Part shown: positions 1 to 10,314 of the stretch, one piece after another
How positions within the stretch are numbered: position 1 is the first letter of the stretch
Layout: each line of letters starts with the position of its first letter
From: an uncultured Acidimicrobiia bacterium
Lineage (GTDB): Bacteria; Acidobacteriota; Terriglobia; Versatilivoradales; Versatilivoraceae
Length of the DNA stretch: 64,000 bases
Direction: 5' to 3'
NCBI GenBank assembly: GCA_963786955.1
Contig: CAWBAT010000005.1
Span: 1,088,001-1,152,000, forward strand
Program-made: the position numbers and the translations under genes
The notes under the pieces: generated by a model
What the model was told of the DNA's origin: nothing
Databases searched by the model: none
The model's input: only the letters and a program-made list of their open reading frames with translations

Positions 1-1091
<1,091 letters not shown>

Positions 1092-1108
1092 TTAATCCAT
1101 TTGCCAAC

Positions 1109-1145
1109 AAAAAAAAATCGGTGAGAGCCCTGACTCTCACCGATT
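1109..1145 (-). terminator. Intrinsic terminator forming the riboswitch expression platform
   Basis: Perfect 12-bp stem AATCGGTGAGAG/CTCTCACCGATT, 6-nt loop, U-tract on the minus strand (A run 1109-1117), about 35 nt upstream of the start codon. Confidence 0.88.
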
Positions 1146-1183
1146 CTGGAAATTAAGGTTAAGAATATAATTTCAAAAGCGGC

Positions 1184-1357
1184 AAGATAGCGCTCCACCC
1201 TGACTCTCTCAGAGTGACAGTTGAAGAGATCTTGTCTCAGCAACCAACCTCACTGATGCCCAAACCAGTGAGATTTCGGCGACAGCCCCTTTCCTTCAAG
1301 TTCATCGACTCAGGCGGTCTCACTTGAAGTACTCTTGGCGGTTCGCACCTCTATCTC
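1184..1357 (-). promoter_or_regulatory. Lysine riboswitch (L-box)
   Basis: Minus strand: P1 GAGATAG/CTATCTT; motifs in canonical order AGAGGTGCG..AAGAGTA..GATGA..GAAAGGGG..CGCCGAA..GTTGG..ACTGTCA..GGAGCGCTA; about 174 nt; TATACT -10 at 1370-1375. Confidence 0.9.
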
Positions 1358-1994
1358 AAAAACGCACTCAGTATAAATCATTCCGCAAAAAAAAACCAGC
1401 GCCGGCCTTCGCGGATATTGGGTCCGTTTCCAGTTTCGCTATATTACGCCAGTAGGTCAACATTAACGAACCCGACCTCCAATGTTGAAAAAATCGAAAG
1501 GAATGAGACGCCACCGCTTGCAGTCCCGCTTTTTTGATGACCCGCAATTGGGCTCAGCCAAATACCGTCTACGTTAAATCGGAATGAGACTTCGCTTTAA
1601 ATGAACCTGGAGGATATTTAAGCGCCACAGGTGACCACAAAGCAACAAACCTCTAAACTTCCTTTTTCTCCAGGGTTAAAGCGTTCGCTAAAGTATGCAG
1701 TGATACCCCTCTTCCATTCCAGCGAGTACATCCCCCTCAATCGCCAGTCCTCCTGCCGGATGAAACCCTGTCGTCCTTCATTTCTTTTGCGTAAGAAATG
1801 CTATCAGTATGGAAGAACTACGTTGCCAACTCGATTGATTCTCCATTAACCCTTTGTGGAAGATTGTGGTTAGGATTGGAAGGAGATTTGCTTCACTCAT
1901 AGAACGCTCTCCTGACAGAGTGGTGGAAGAATTCTATCAGGAGGAGCGATCTTTTCTCTATGGATGAAAACAGGTTCAAGCAAACGAGGATAAA

Positions 1995-2774
1995 TTGATG
2001 AAACTGGTCCCTGACCTGCTTGTTCTCAGCGGCGTTAAGCGTGGATACACCGATATGCGCCGTCCATCAGCGCACGAATGCTCCTCCTGTCATTCAACTT
2101 CAAAGGGTATTTTCTGTGATCTCAACAACTCTGTGCTCGGGGAACTTTCAAAACTCCGACAATGTATTATGTATCCTCCAGGGTCCGTTGTATTCATGGA
2201 AGGCGAGCAGGCGCGGGCTGCTTACTGTATTTGTTCTGGACGCCTCAAGCGATCCAGCAGTTCAGCAGAAGGACGAGTGTTGATTCATGGATTTTCAACC
2301 CCAGGGGATGTCTTGGGGGTCCGTGCGCTATTACTGGGAAAACCCCATGATCTAACGGCCGAGGCTGTTGAAGCGACCGAACTATGCCTCTTTCCAAAGG
2401 ACGAATTTATCCCCTTCATCAAACAAAACGGGGACATTAGCCTGCGAGTGGCTCAGAAACTTAGCCTTGACCTTTATGAGGCCTATAGACGAGTTCGCGG
2501 AACAGCTCTCAAGGGTTCTTCAGAGCGGCTGGCAGAACTTCTGCTGAGATTGTGTCATTCTCACGGCAAAGCTACGCCCAAAGGGATAAGCCTCGATGCC
2601 AATTTGTGCCAGGATGAGCTGGCCGCCCTCCTCGGAATTTCAAGACGAAGCCTAAACCGGTTGCTGGCAGAACTTAGAGTCCAGGGCGTCATTGAATGCC
2701 GCAGACGTTCCATTCTGGTACGCAACATTACCGCTCTCCGCAATCGCCTGTCTTTAGTAGAGCTTCCTGCATAA
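1995..2774 (+). CDS. Crp/Fnr-family regulator with FNR-like N-terminal Cys cluster
   Basis: CSSC-x8-C, cNMP-binding barrel (VFMEGE...GDVLG), central Cys (ELCLF), C-terminal HTH (QDELAALLGISRRSLNRLL). Confidence 0.88.
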   Translation: MMKLVPDLLVLSGVKRGYTDMRRPSAHECSSCHSTSKGIFCDLNNSVLGELSKLRQCIMYPPGSVVFMEGEQARAAYCICSGRLKRSSSSAEGRVLIHGFSTPGDVLGVRALLLGKPHDLTAEAVEATELCLFPKDEFIPFIKQNGDISLRVAQKLSLDLYEAYRRVRGTALKGSSERLAELLLRLCHSHGKATPKGISLDANLCQDELAALLGISRRSLNRLLAELRVQGVIECRRRSILVRNITALRNRLSLVELPA

Positions 2775-2934
2775 AATCTCCCAAGCACCACTCTTCCAGC
2801 ACCTGTGGTTTTGAGCCAGATGGCACAAAACCTCTGGGACAACTGGCCTTGTTCCGGCCTCTTCCTTTAAGTTATTAATAAGCCATCATCGCATTTTAAG
2901 TGCAGGAAACTCTCATCTGAGGAGGGAAGAGTCT

Positions 2935-3306
2935 ATGAAGCTCATGCATCTTTGCAGCAAGGGGAGCTACATTCTTGTAGGGCTTTGGGTGATCTTCGTC
3001 TGGACTATTGTGTGCTGGGGTGATGTGTCTGCGCCGTACCAGCGTAACATTATTGACATCCAGAACACAAAACCGGGACAACGGCCTATCAAAACCTTTT
3101 CAGTGACGAACACGGCGACCTGCCCGCCGACTAATCTGCAAACCGACCCGGCTTGGACGCAGGCCAACAACGCCAGCCAGCTCGGCGTTGGCGAACTGAA
3201 GGCAGAGATGCTGGGAGATAAATCGCGTGCTTGGAGGGTAGGCATTGCCCGCGCACTTTTTCAGTATTTCTTATGCCCCAAAGGAGGGGGCAAATCCATG
3301 CCGTAG
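2935..3306 (+). pseudogene. Probable truncated paralogue of the N-terminal domain of an OmcA/MtrC-like cytochrome
   Basis: Hydrophobic N-terminus, then YQRNIIDIQNTKPGQRPIKTFSVTN...LQTDPAW...SQLGV, resembling FQYNVENV...VIFSVTNP...IKNDLPF...SLTIDIGW of the next gene; no heme motifs. Confidence 0.5.
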
Positions 3307-3382
3307 TTGTGCATTCCGGTGAAAAGCATCTACAAGTATCAAACATTTCAACCATCGCTTGGCGCGAAAGGAAGGTGTTCTT

Positions 3383-4822
3383 ATGAAGTCATCCATTGCA
3401 TTGCACAAGACCGGTAACGGCATTCTGTTTGCTGCGATGTTGCTCGTCATGTCTCAAACAGCGTTTAGTCAGAACCCGCCCCCAGCTTGGGGTTTAACTA
3501 AGTATTTTCAGTACAACGTTGAGAACGTCCTTGTTAATACAACCATTACTGGCACCTGGAACGTGAAGGTCATCTTTTCGGTAACCAATCCCAACCCTGG
3601 CCCCAGCGTCCCGAACAACACATGGGATATCAAAAACGATCTGCCTTTCAAAAGCACGGGCGGTAGCTTAACGATAGATATTGGATGGGATTCCACGGAA
3701 TTCACTAATACCGGGAGCGTACCCGTAATAGGGACACCCTCACTAGTGCCTCGCCTTACTGCCTTGGATCCAGTAGTCACTACCAGTCTAGGGACGGGCG
3801 CGGCCTATCCGATCCAAATCCGAGGTCTCGTAACGGGCGCCAACGCGTGCGCCAGCCTGGCAGATTGCCCGGGGGCGGTGTCTCTTACCAACCGGTTCTG
3901 GATCTCACGGACCGTAACCCCATTGGTATTCAAGGGGGCGGTAACTATCGGACGAATTGGAATGGAAGGCCATCCGGTATGTAATGGCCTACCAGGCTGC
4001 CCCACGACCATTGCACCGTTTGCGAATATCCCGGTCCGAAGCGCGGTCGCAGACTTCTCGTTCACGGCTACCGCGACACCCACCTCTGCAGTGATTGCGG
4101 ACCCACGGCGACCCATCGTGGACTTCAACAGCAAATGCAATGGCTGCCATAACGGGAGCACCCTCAGCGGAAACGGAACCCTGATTCCCCGCCTCAGCCT
4201 GCATGGTAATAATCGCAACGAGAACCTGGCGCTCTGTGTGATGTGCCACAACCCCAATCAGACCGATGTCCCATTCCGCGTCATCACTGCAGACCCCAGA
4301 ACTTCAGGCCCCGAGACACCCGTTGACTTCAAAAGAATGGTTCATGCCATCCATGCTGGCGGGTTCCGGCAGACTCCGTGGGTCATTATCGGATTCAACA
4401 CTTCGATCAATGATTATAGCGTGGTGCGCTTCCCCAAGAGTTTGAGGAACTGCGTGAATTGCCACTTGGATAACAACGGGAAAGGCACGTTCGAACTCCC
4501 GCTCAAAAACACGGTTCTGGGCACCACTGTGAACACTGGCAGCCTGTATGCCGTAATGCAGGGGGCCAGCCGCACCATCGACGTCAACCCCTCTAACGAC
4601 CTGAAGATCACTCCCATAGCCGCAGCCTGTTCTGCCTGCCATGATAATAGCGAAGTGCGATCCCACATGATTCAAACTGGTGGCGCTTCTTTCTCCACGC
4701 TACAGGCGAACATCGGTTCCAAAGTCATCGAGCGCTGCCCAGCCTGCCACGGACCTGGAAAAGAAAAGGATGTCAGGAAGGTTCATGAAATCCCTACTTC
4801 CGGCACATCTCACGACGACTAG
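3383..4822 (+). CDS. Secreted pentaheme cytochrome c, OmcA/MtrC-like (one beta domain plus one 5-heme domain)
   Basis: Five CxxCH (CNGCH, CVMCH, CVNCH, CSACH, CPACH); family-like LHGNNR..CHNP..DFKRMVHAIH..FP..LRNC; signal peptide; ATG 3383 after AAGGAAGG. Confidence 0.85.
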   Translation: MKSSIALHKTGNGILFAAMLLVMSQTAFSQNPPPAWGLTKYFQYNVENVLVNTTITGTWNVKVIFSVTNPNPGPSVPNNTWDIKNDLPFKSTGGSLTIDIGWDSTEFTNTGSVPVIGTPSLVPRLTALDPVVTTSLGTGAAYPIQIRGLVTGANACASLADCPGAVSLTNRFWISRTVTPLVFKGAVTIGRIGMEGHPVCNGLPGCPTTIAPFANIPVRSAVADFSFTATATPTSAVIADPRRPIVDFNSKCNGCHNGSTLSGNGTLIPRLSLHGNNRNENLALCVMCHNPNQTDVPFRVITADPRTSGPETPVDFKRMVHAIHAGGFRQTPWVIIGFNTSINDYSVVRFPKSLRNCVNCHLDNNGKGTFELPLKNTVLGTTVNTGSLYAVMQGASRTIDVNPSNDLKITPIAAACSACHDNSEVRSHMIQTGGASFSTLQANIGSKVIERCPACHGPGKEKDVRKVHEIPTSGTSHDD

Positions 4823-4840
4823 AAAGAATAGGAACCCATC

Positions 4841-4883
4841 GCAAAGCGCGGGGAAATGGTTCCTCCCCGCGCTCTGCTCTTTC
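4841..4883 (+). terminator. Probable intrinsic terminator after the cytochrome gene
   Basis: Stem AGCGCGGGGA/TCCCCGCGCT followed by a pyrimidine-rich tail. Confidence 0.55.
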
Positions 4884-5181
4884 TGGTTCGATCACCGGGG
4901 GCTTATGACACCATTTGCACCAAAAGCGTGTGCGGCGCTTCCGCAATCTACTGTTGGTGCCTGGCCCTCAACATTTTATTGGAAAACACTTGCTCTCCGT
5001 TTTGGGGCTAACTAGAATTGGTGAAGCCAAGTTTTGGCTGTAGCCTGTTGTTGCCTAAATCTTTCCACGAACCCGACCCACAATTGATGACGGAACCGCC
5101 AGTCGTAGAGTCATATTCTTCAAAAACTGATCGAATAACTAATGTCTGTCAAGACGTCTCGGTCCGCTGAAAGCAGTCCTT

Positions 5182-6363
5182 ATGAGCAAGACTGAAACCG
5201 ACTATTCCTGGGCGCAATACCTGGATTACATGGAAGGCGTTCCCATGGTTGTGCGGTTGCAACCGACCATGAGGGAGGAAAAACCCGAATGGCTGGGCTG
5301 GGGAGTTGTGGTCGTTGGGATACTAACAGCTTTAGCAATTTGGTTGAGTGAACTCCAGGTTTGGCCCTTCACACTGAAGGCGGGTAAGCATCCTATTGAA
5401 CCCGTCATGTTGGCAATTATCACCGGAATGCTCGTTAGCAACCTTTGGACCTTGCCCAATTCATGTTCGCCTGGAATCAAATTTTCGATCAAGAAGCTTT
5501 TACCGCTCGGCATTATACTGCTCGGTGCCAGGCTCAATTTCTTTGACATCGTTCGCGTAGGGTTGATGGGTATTCTTCTGAGCATCATTGAGATTATCGT
5601 GGCGCTTTACTTGCTGCTCTATCTAACCAGGCGGATGAAGCTTCCACCGAAGCTAGGGACACTGTTGGGCGTGGGCACGGCCATCTGCGGAGGCACAGCC
5701 ATTATTGCTACCGCACCTGTGATTGAAGCAGAGGAAAAGGATGTGGTCTTCAGCGTAGCGACTGTTACCCTACTTGGGCTGCTGGCAATGTTTACCATGC
5801 CTCTTGTGGGCAGTTTTCTTCATCTTTCTTCAAAGGCCTTTGGCGTCTGGGTAGGGCTGGCCATCCACCAGACCCCCCAGGTGGTGGCATCCGGGTTTGC
5901 TTACAGTCCAGAGGCGGGTGAAACCGCCACGATCACAAAACTCGCACGCGTCTGCCTCTTGGCACCTGTGGTCTTTTTTCTGGGAGTCATTCACGTTCGT
6001 GACAAATATCAGCGTGGGGACACGACGGTTGGTCGGAAGATCAACTATCTTGGTATGTTTCCCAAATTTGTACTCGGATTCCTGGGGATGGCGCTGTTAC
6101 GCACTCTTGGTCTTATACCCGATCTGACAATCCATTTGACACAAGCGGTCTTATTGGGTCGATTCGATTACAGTGTCAACCTTGCCAACTTCGCTCAAGA
6201 AATCTCGAAGGGATGTATCATCGCCAGCATGGTTGGGGTGGGGTTGGAAACAAGGTTTTCTGCCATGCGACAGACAGGCCTTCGACCTTTCCTGGCCGGG
6301 TTGTTCGGTGCGACAGTGATTGCAGTAATGGTATTAGGCGCCGTCACGTTCTTAAGGTTGTAG
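5182..6363 (+). CDS. YeiH/UPF0324 putative sulfate/sulfite exporter family membrane protein
   Basis: Polytopic; LGIILLGARL, GTAICGGTAIIATAPVI, GLAIHQTPQVV, TKLARV motifs. Confidence 0.85.
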   Translation: MSKTETDYSWAQYLDYMEGVPMVVRLQPTMREEKPEWLGWGVVVVGILTALAIWLSELQVWPFTLKAGKHPIEPVMLAIITGMLVSNLWTLPNSCSPGIKFSIKKLLPLGIILLGARLNFFDIVRVGLMGILLSIIEIIVALYLLLYLTRRMKLPPKLGTLLGVGTAICGGTAIIATAPVIEAEEKDVVFSVATVTLLGLLAMFTMPLVGSFLHLSSKAFGVWVGLAIHQTPQVVASGFAYSPEAGETATITKLARVCLLAPVVFFLGVIHVRDKYQRGDTTVGRKINYLGMFPKFVLGFLGMALLRTLGLIPDLTIHLTQAVLLGRFDYSVNLANFAQEISKGCIIASMVGVGLETRFSAMRQTGLRPFLAGLFGATVIAVMVLGAVTFLRL

Positions 6364-6574
6364 GCGTATGAAAATGAGGAGTCCTGGCTCTCCCGTGCCC
6401 CAAAAAGGGCAGGACGGCCCCATCTCGGTCGTGGTGGGGTCACTCGGGATGATAAACAAAAAAAAGCCCCAACGGAGGCGATCGGTTGTATATTTATGCC
6501 ATCCAGTAAGCTAAATTGGAAGTCCTTGCAAATCCTAATGTCTCGACTTTCACGATTCAAGATAGGAGCCCGCA

Positions 6575-7807
6575 ATGGTAGAACGGCTAAACGATGAAGT
6601 CTGGACTGCGGGAGACCTACTCGTACGGCTGGAACATCGCGACAAATTCTTCGTCCTTGATGTGCGCAATCGCGATGAGTTCGAGAGGTTTCGACTCGAA
6701 GGCCGCATCCCGGTGCCCGCCATCAATATTCCCTATTTCGAGATGCTCGAACTTGGCGGCAAAGACGAAATGTTGGACTCCGTCGTCGCTTACGTCGAGC
6801 GGGACCTCGCGGACCAGCTTCCCTCTGATCTGCCGATCCTTGCGGTATGCGCCAAGGGCGACACTTCGGAGTTCGTCGCGCAAGGGCTGCGCCGCCTGGG
6901 CTACGCCAGCGCCAACCTTAAGGGTGGGATGAAAGCCTGGGGTGAGTACTATGCGACCCGCGCTCTGGTCGAAGGTCCCGATCTGGCAATCTACCAGGTG
7001 AGCCGGCCCGCGCGAGGGTGCCTGAGCTACGTGGTGGCAAGCGCGGGGAAGGCAATCGTGATCGATCCCCTCCGCCACCTCCATCCTTATCTGGACTTGG
7101 CTCGCGGTAAGGGCCTCACGATCGAAGCGGTGATTGACACCCACGGCCACGCGGACCACATCAGCGGCGGACTTGCTCTCGCCGCCAAGACCAGTGCTTC
7201 CTACTACCTGCATCCGCACGACGCCATTCATCCTATCGACGTGCTGCCCGCGACTTTTCCCTATGAGTTCATTCGTGACAGCCAGATGTTCCCGGTCGGA
7301 CACCACCAACTCGAGGCGCTCCACATCCCCGGCCACACACTCGGTCAGGTTGCGTTTCGGCTCGACGACAAATACCTCTTTACTGGTGACAGCATTTGTA
7401 TCCGGTCCATTGCGCGGCCGGATCTTGGTGGGAAGGCCGGAACCTGGGCGCCCTTGCACGGCCGTTCACTGCGCAAGCTTCTTGGCCTCCCGGGAGGCAT
7501 TACCGTGTTGCCCGGACACTTCAGCAGCCTTAATGAAGCGGACGAGACGGGACGCTTCGCGGCGTCGCTTGACGATCTGAAAAAGCGGAATGACGGCCTT
7601 GTCGTGCTTCAGCGGGAGAGCGAGGAAGGATTCGTCCGCTATCTGCTTGGAAACCTTCCCAAGTTCATTCCCGAGTACGTGGACATCAAGCGTGTTAATG
7701 CGGGATTGTTGGCGCCCACGGAAGAAGACGCCGCAACGCTGGAGTTGGGCAAGAACGTTTGTGCCATTTCGCAGGCAATCTTAGCTTCCAGTGGAGGAAT
7801 ACCATGA
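6575..7807 (+). CDS. Rhodanese-MBL fold fusion (persulfide dioxygenase/sulfurtransferase, YrkH-like)
   Basis: N-terminal rhodanese (LDVR, CAKGDTS, LKGGMKAW); MBL THGHADH, PGHT, TGD, PGH; C-terminal LELGKNVCA. Confidence 0.88.
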   Translation: MVERLNDEVWTAGDLLVRLEHRDKFFVLDVRNRDEFERFRLEGRIPVPAINIPYFEMLELGGKDEMLDSVVAYVERDLADQLPSDLPILAVCAKGDTSEFVAQGLRRLGYASANLKGGMKAWGEYYATRALVEGPDLAIYQVSRPARGCLSYVVASAGKAIVIDPLRHLHPYLDLARGKGLTIEAVIDTHGHADHISGGLALAAKTSASYYLHPHDAIHPIDVLPATFPYEFIRDSQMFPVGHHQLEALHIPGHTLGQVAFRLDDKYLFTGDSICIRSIARPDLGGKAGTWAPLHGRSLRKLLGLPGGITVLPGHFSSLNEADETGRFAASLDDLKKRNDGLVVLQRESEEGFVRYLLGNLPKFIPEYVDIKRVNAGLLAPTEEDAATLELGKNVCAISQAILASSGGIP

Positions 7808-8055
7808 GCCAGGACTTCGATAAGTTACTCGACGCACGCGGCCTCAATTGCCCGATGCCTCTGGTCAACGCACGCAAGGAGATTGGCAAGCTTGAGCTTG
7901 GCCAGGTGCTCAAGGTCGTGGCCACGGATCGGGGCTCTGTGGCAGATTTTCAAGGCTGGGCCAAGGTTGCGAAGAATGTGGCCCTGGTCGGCCAGGAGAC
8001 CGAGTCCACGGACGGGGCCAATGTGTACGTTCACTACGTAAAGAAAACTGCGTGA
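7804..8055 (+). CDS. tusA: TusA/SirA-family sulfur carrier
   Basis: LDARGLNCPMP; ATG 7804 overlaps the upstream stop (ATGA), RBS GGAGG. Confidence 0.9.
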   Translation: MSQDFDKLLDARGLNCPMPLVNARKEIGKLELGQVLKVVATDRGSVADFQGWAKVAKNVALVGQETESTDGANVYVHYVKKTA

Positions 8056-8067
8056 GGAGGAAACAAT

Positions 8068-8649
8068 ATGGATGCCAGTACTGAAGCAAGACTCGTCGCC
8101 GACCCGTCCCGGCTGCAGAAGCTCGAGGAAAAGCTCCAGGAGTTCGAGAAGCGGCTCGCGCAGGTTGAGGGACAAGCGGCGGAGGACCGGGTCGCGCTCG
8201 TCGTCTTCTCAGGTGATCTTGACCGCGTCCTGGCGGCTTTCGTGATTGCTACCGGCGCCGCAGCCATGGGTCAGCAAGTGAGCATGTTCTTTACCTTCTG
8301 GGGCTTGAGTGTCCTCAAGAAGGATAACCAGCTTTCCGGAAAGACCCTCTTTCAAAAAATGATGACCCTTATGTCTCCGGGATCGAGCAAGAGCCTTCCT
8401 GTCTCGAAGATGAACTACTTCGGCGTGGGCGCAAAGATGCTACGGTCCATGATGAAGGAGAAGAACGTCAGCTCGCTTGAGGAGATGATTTCCCTTGCAC
8501 GGGAACTGGGTGTGCGAATGATCGCCTGCGAGATGTCTCGGGACGTGATGGGGATCAGGGAGTCAGAACTCGTCGCCGGCCTGGAGTGCGGCGGAGTCGC
8601 CAGCTTCCTTGCCGATTCGTTGAAGTCACGCACGAGCCTGTTCATCTGA
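8068..8649 (+). CDS. DsrE/DsrF/DrsH-like (YrkE/DsrE2-type) sulfurtransferase
   Basis: VFSGDLDR, MFFTFWG, IACEMSRDVMGI motifs. Confidence 0.88.
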   Translation: MDASTEARLVADPSRLQKLEEKLQEFEKRLAQVEGQAAEDRVALVVFSGDLDRVLAAFVIATGAAAMGQQVSMFFTFWGLSVLKKDNQLSGKTLFQKMMTLMSPGSSKSLPVSKMNYFGVGAKMLRSMMKEKNVSSLEEMISLARELGVRMIACEMSRDVMGIRESELVAGLECGGVASFLADSLKSRTSLFI

Positions 8650-8805
8650 TGTGGTGTAAAGAAAGGGACGGGTGGACCCGGCCGGCCGTGCCGGCTTGCC
8701 CCGGATCCGGTTGCAGCCTCGCCAGCCCCGGGTTCCCGGTATGGCTCGATTTGGTGTGATCGTCGGAAAGAACTCCGTAGGAGATCCTGACAACAGGTAA
8801 AAGCC

Positions 8806-10179
8806 ATGCTGATTCCCCGCAGAAATTTCTTGTTTCTTGCCGCTGGCGCCCTTCTCTCGGTTGACGATCGTCCCAAGCGAGACATGCTGGTGCGCTCGAC
8901 TCGCCCCGAGGACCTGGAGATGCCGCTTTCCGGCTTCTCAGATTACATCACCCCGATCGAGCATTTCTTCGTCCGCACGCACGTCTACGTCCCCACGGTG
9001 AATGTGAACGAATGGCGGCTGAAGGTGGAGGGTGAGGTGGCTACACCTCTGACGCTCTCCATGGAAGACTTGAAAAAGCTGCCGCCAGCCGAACTGGTGA
9101 GTGTCGCTGAGTGCGCAGGCAACGGCCGCGGATTTTACGAGCCCACAGTTCCAGGCCTGCAATGGGGGAACGGCAGCGTGGGGAACGGCCGGTGGCGGGG
9201 CGTGCGGCTGGCCGACGTCCTCACCCGAGCCGGCCTCAAGGATTCCGCCAAGGAGATTCTCTTCGACGGCGCGGACACTCCGATCGGCACGATGCCGGAT
9301 TTCCAACGGTCAATCCCGGTGAAGAAAGCGCTCGATGCCAATACGCTTCTCGCATACCAGATGAACGGCGAGACACTGCCGGTGAAGCATGGCTTCCCGC
9401 TGCGGGTGGTGGCGCCGGGTTGGGCGAGTGATTCGTGGGTCAAATGGCTTACGTCCATTCGCGCGCTTGACAAAGAACACGACGGGTTCTGGATGAAGAG
9501 TGCTTACCGGCATCCGGGGAAACCAGTCGCACCCGGGACGCTTGTCCCGCCCGAGCAAATGCAGCCGGTCACCAGCCTAAGGGTGAAGAGCGTGATCAGC
9601 GATCCACCGGACGGTGTGCAGGTTCTCGCCGGCAAGCCGGTTCCGATTCGCGGCGTTGCCTGGGGTGGAGATGGAGGCCCCATAACGGGGGTTGACGTGA
9701 GTGTCGATGGCGGGCGCAGCTGGATAGCAGCGGCGTTGCGCCAGGATCAGCTGACCCAATTCGGCTGGCGACAATGGGAATTCAACTGGACGCCATCTCA
9801 AGTGGCTTACTACACAATCCTGGCGCGTGCACGTGACGCAGCCGGCAACACCCAACCGTTCGACCAAGAGTGGAACCCTGCGGGGTACGGCTGGAACGTC
9901 GTCCCGCGCGTGGGCGTGGATGTGGTCGGGGAACTTTCCAGAACATCTCAACTCGCGCAGTCGTCTGGCTCCGCTACGGCACAGCCCGCCGCGTTCCAGA
10001 ATGGTTGTCTGGTCTGTCATGATGACGACGTCATCCGCCAGCAACGCCTTACGCGTGCCCAGTGGGACCGCGAAATCAACAAAATGACCAAATGGGGCGC
10101 AGAATTGAAAAAAGAGGATCGTGACAGAATCCTCGATTATTTGTTCAGCAACTACGGGCCGCGCACCTGTGTTCGTTAA
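8806..10179 (+). CDS. Sulfite oxidase-family molybdoenzyme (SorA-like) fused to C-terminal monoheme cytochrome c (SorB-like)
   Basis: Tat-like PRRNFL; FFVRTH, ECAGNGR, HGFPLR, VKWL, Ig-like dimerisation domain; C-terminal CLVCH...W...KM..WGA...ILDYL. Confidence 0.88.
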   Translation: MLIPRRNFLFLAAGALLSVDDRPKRDMLVRSTRPEDLEMPLSGFSDYITPIEHFFVRTHVYVPTVNVNEWRLKVEGEVATPLTLSMEDLKKLPPAELVSVAECAGNGRGFYEPTVPGLQWGNGSVGNGRWRGVRLADVLTRAGLKDSAKEILFDGADTPIGTMPDFQRSIPVKKALDANTLLAYQMNGETLPVKHGFPLRVVAPGWASDSWVKWLTSIRALDKEHDGFWMKSAYRHPGKPVAPGTLVPPEQMQPVTSLRVKSVISDPPDGVQVLAGKPVPIRGVAWGGDGGPITGVDVSVDGGRSWIAAALRQDQLTQFGWRQWEFNWTPSQVAYYTILARARDAAGNTQPFDQEWNPAGYGWNVVPRVGVDVVGELSRTSQLAQSSGSATAQPAAFQNGCLVCHDDDVIRQQRLTRAQWDREINKMTKWGAELKKEDRDRILDYLFSNYGPRTCVR

Positions 10180-10314
10180 TCGTGAAACCGGAAACTGACC
10201 CACTACTCCATCGCGCTGGTCATCATTTCTCAAAAAAAGGGTTTTTTCCGGCTTGCGTTGTGGTGAGATCTCAGGGCTTCACTCCGTTTTTCCGGACGAA
10301 GAGATCTCCCTTAA

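Noticed and set aside
3230-3360. Possible cyclic-dinucleotide riboswitch before the cytochrome (GGCAAA hairpin)
   Set aside because: Lacks the GAAA tetraloop / GGACGCAAA GEMM architecture
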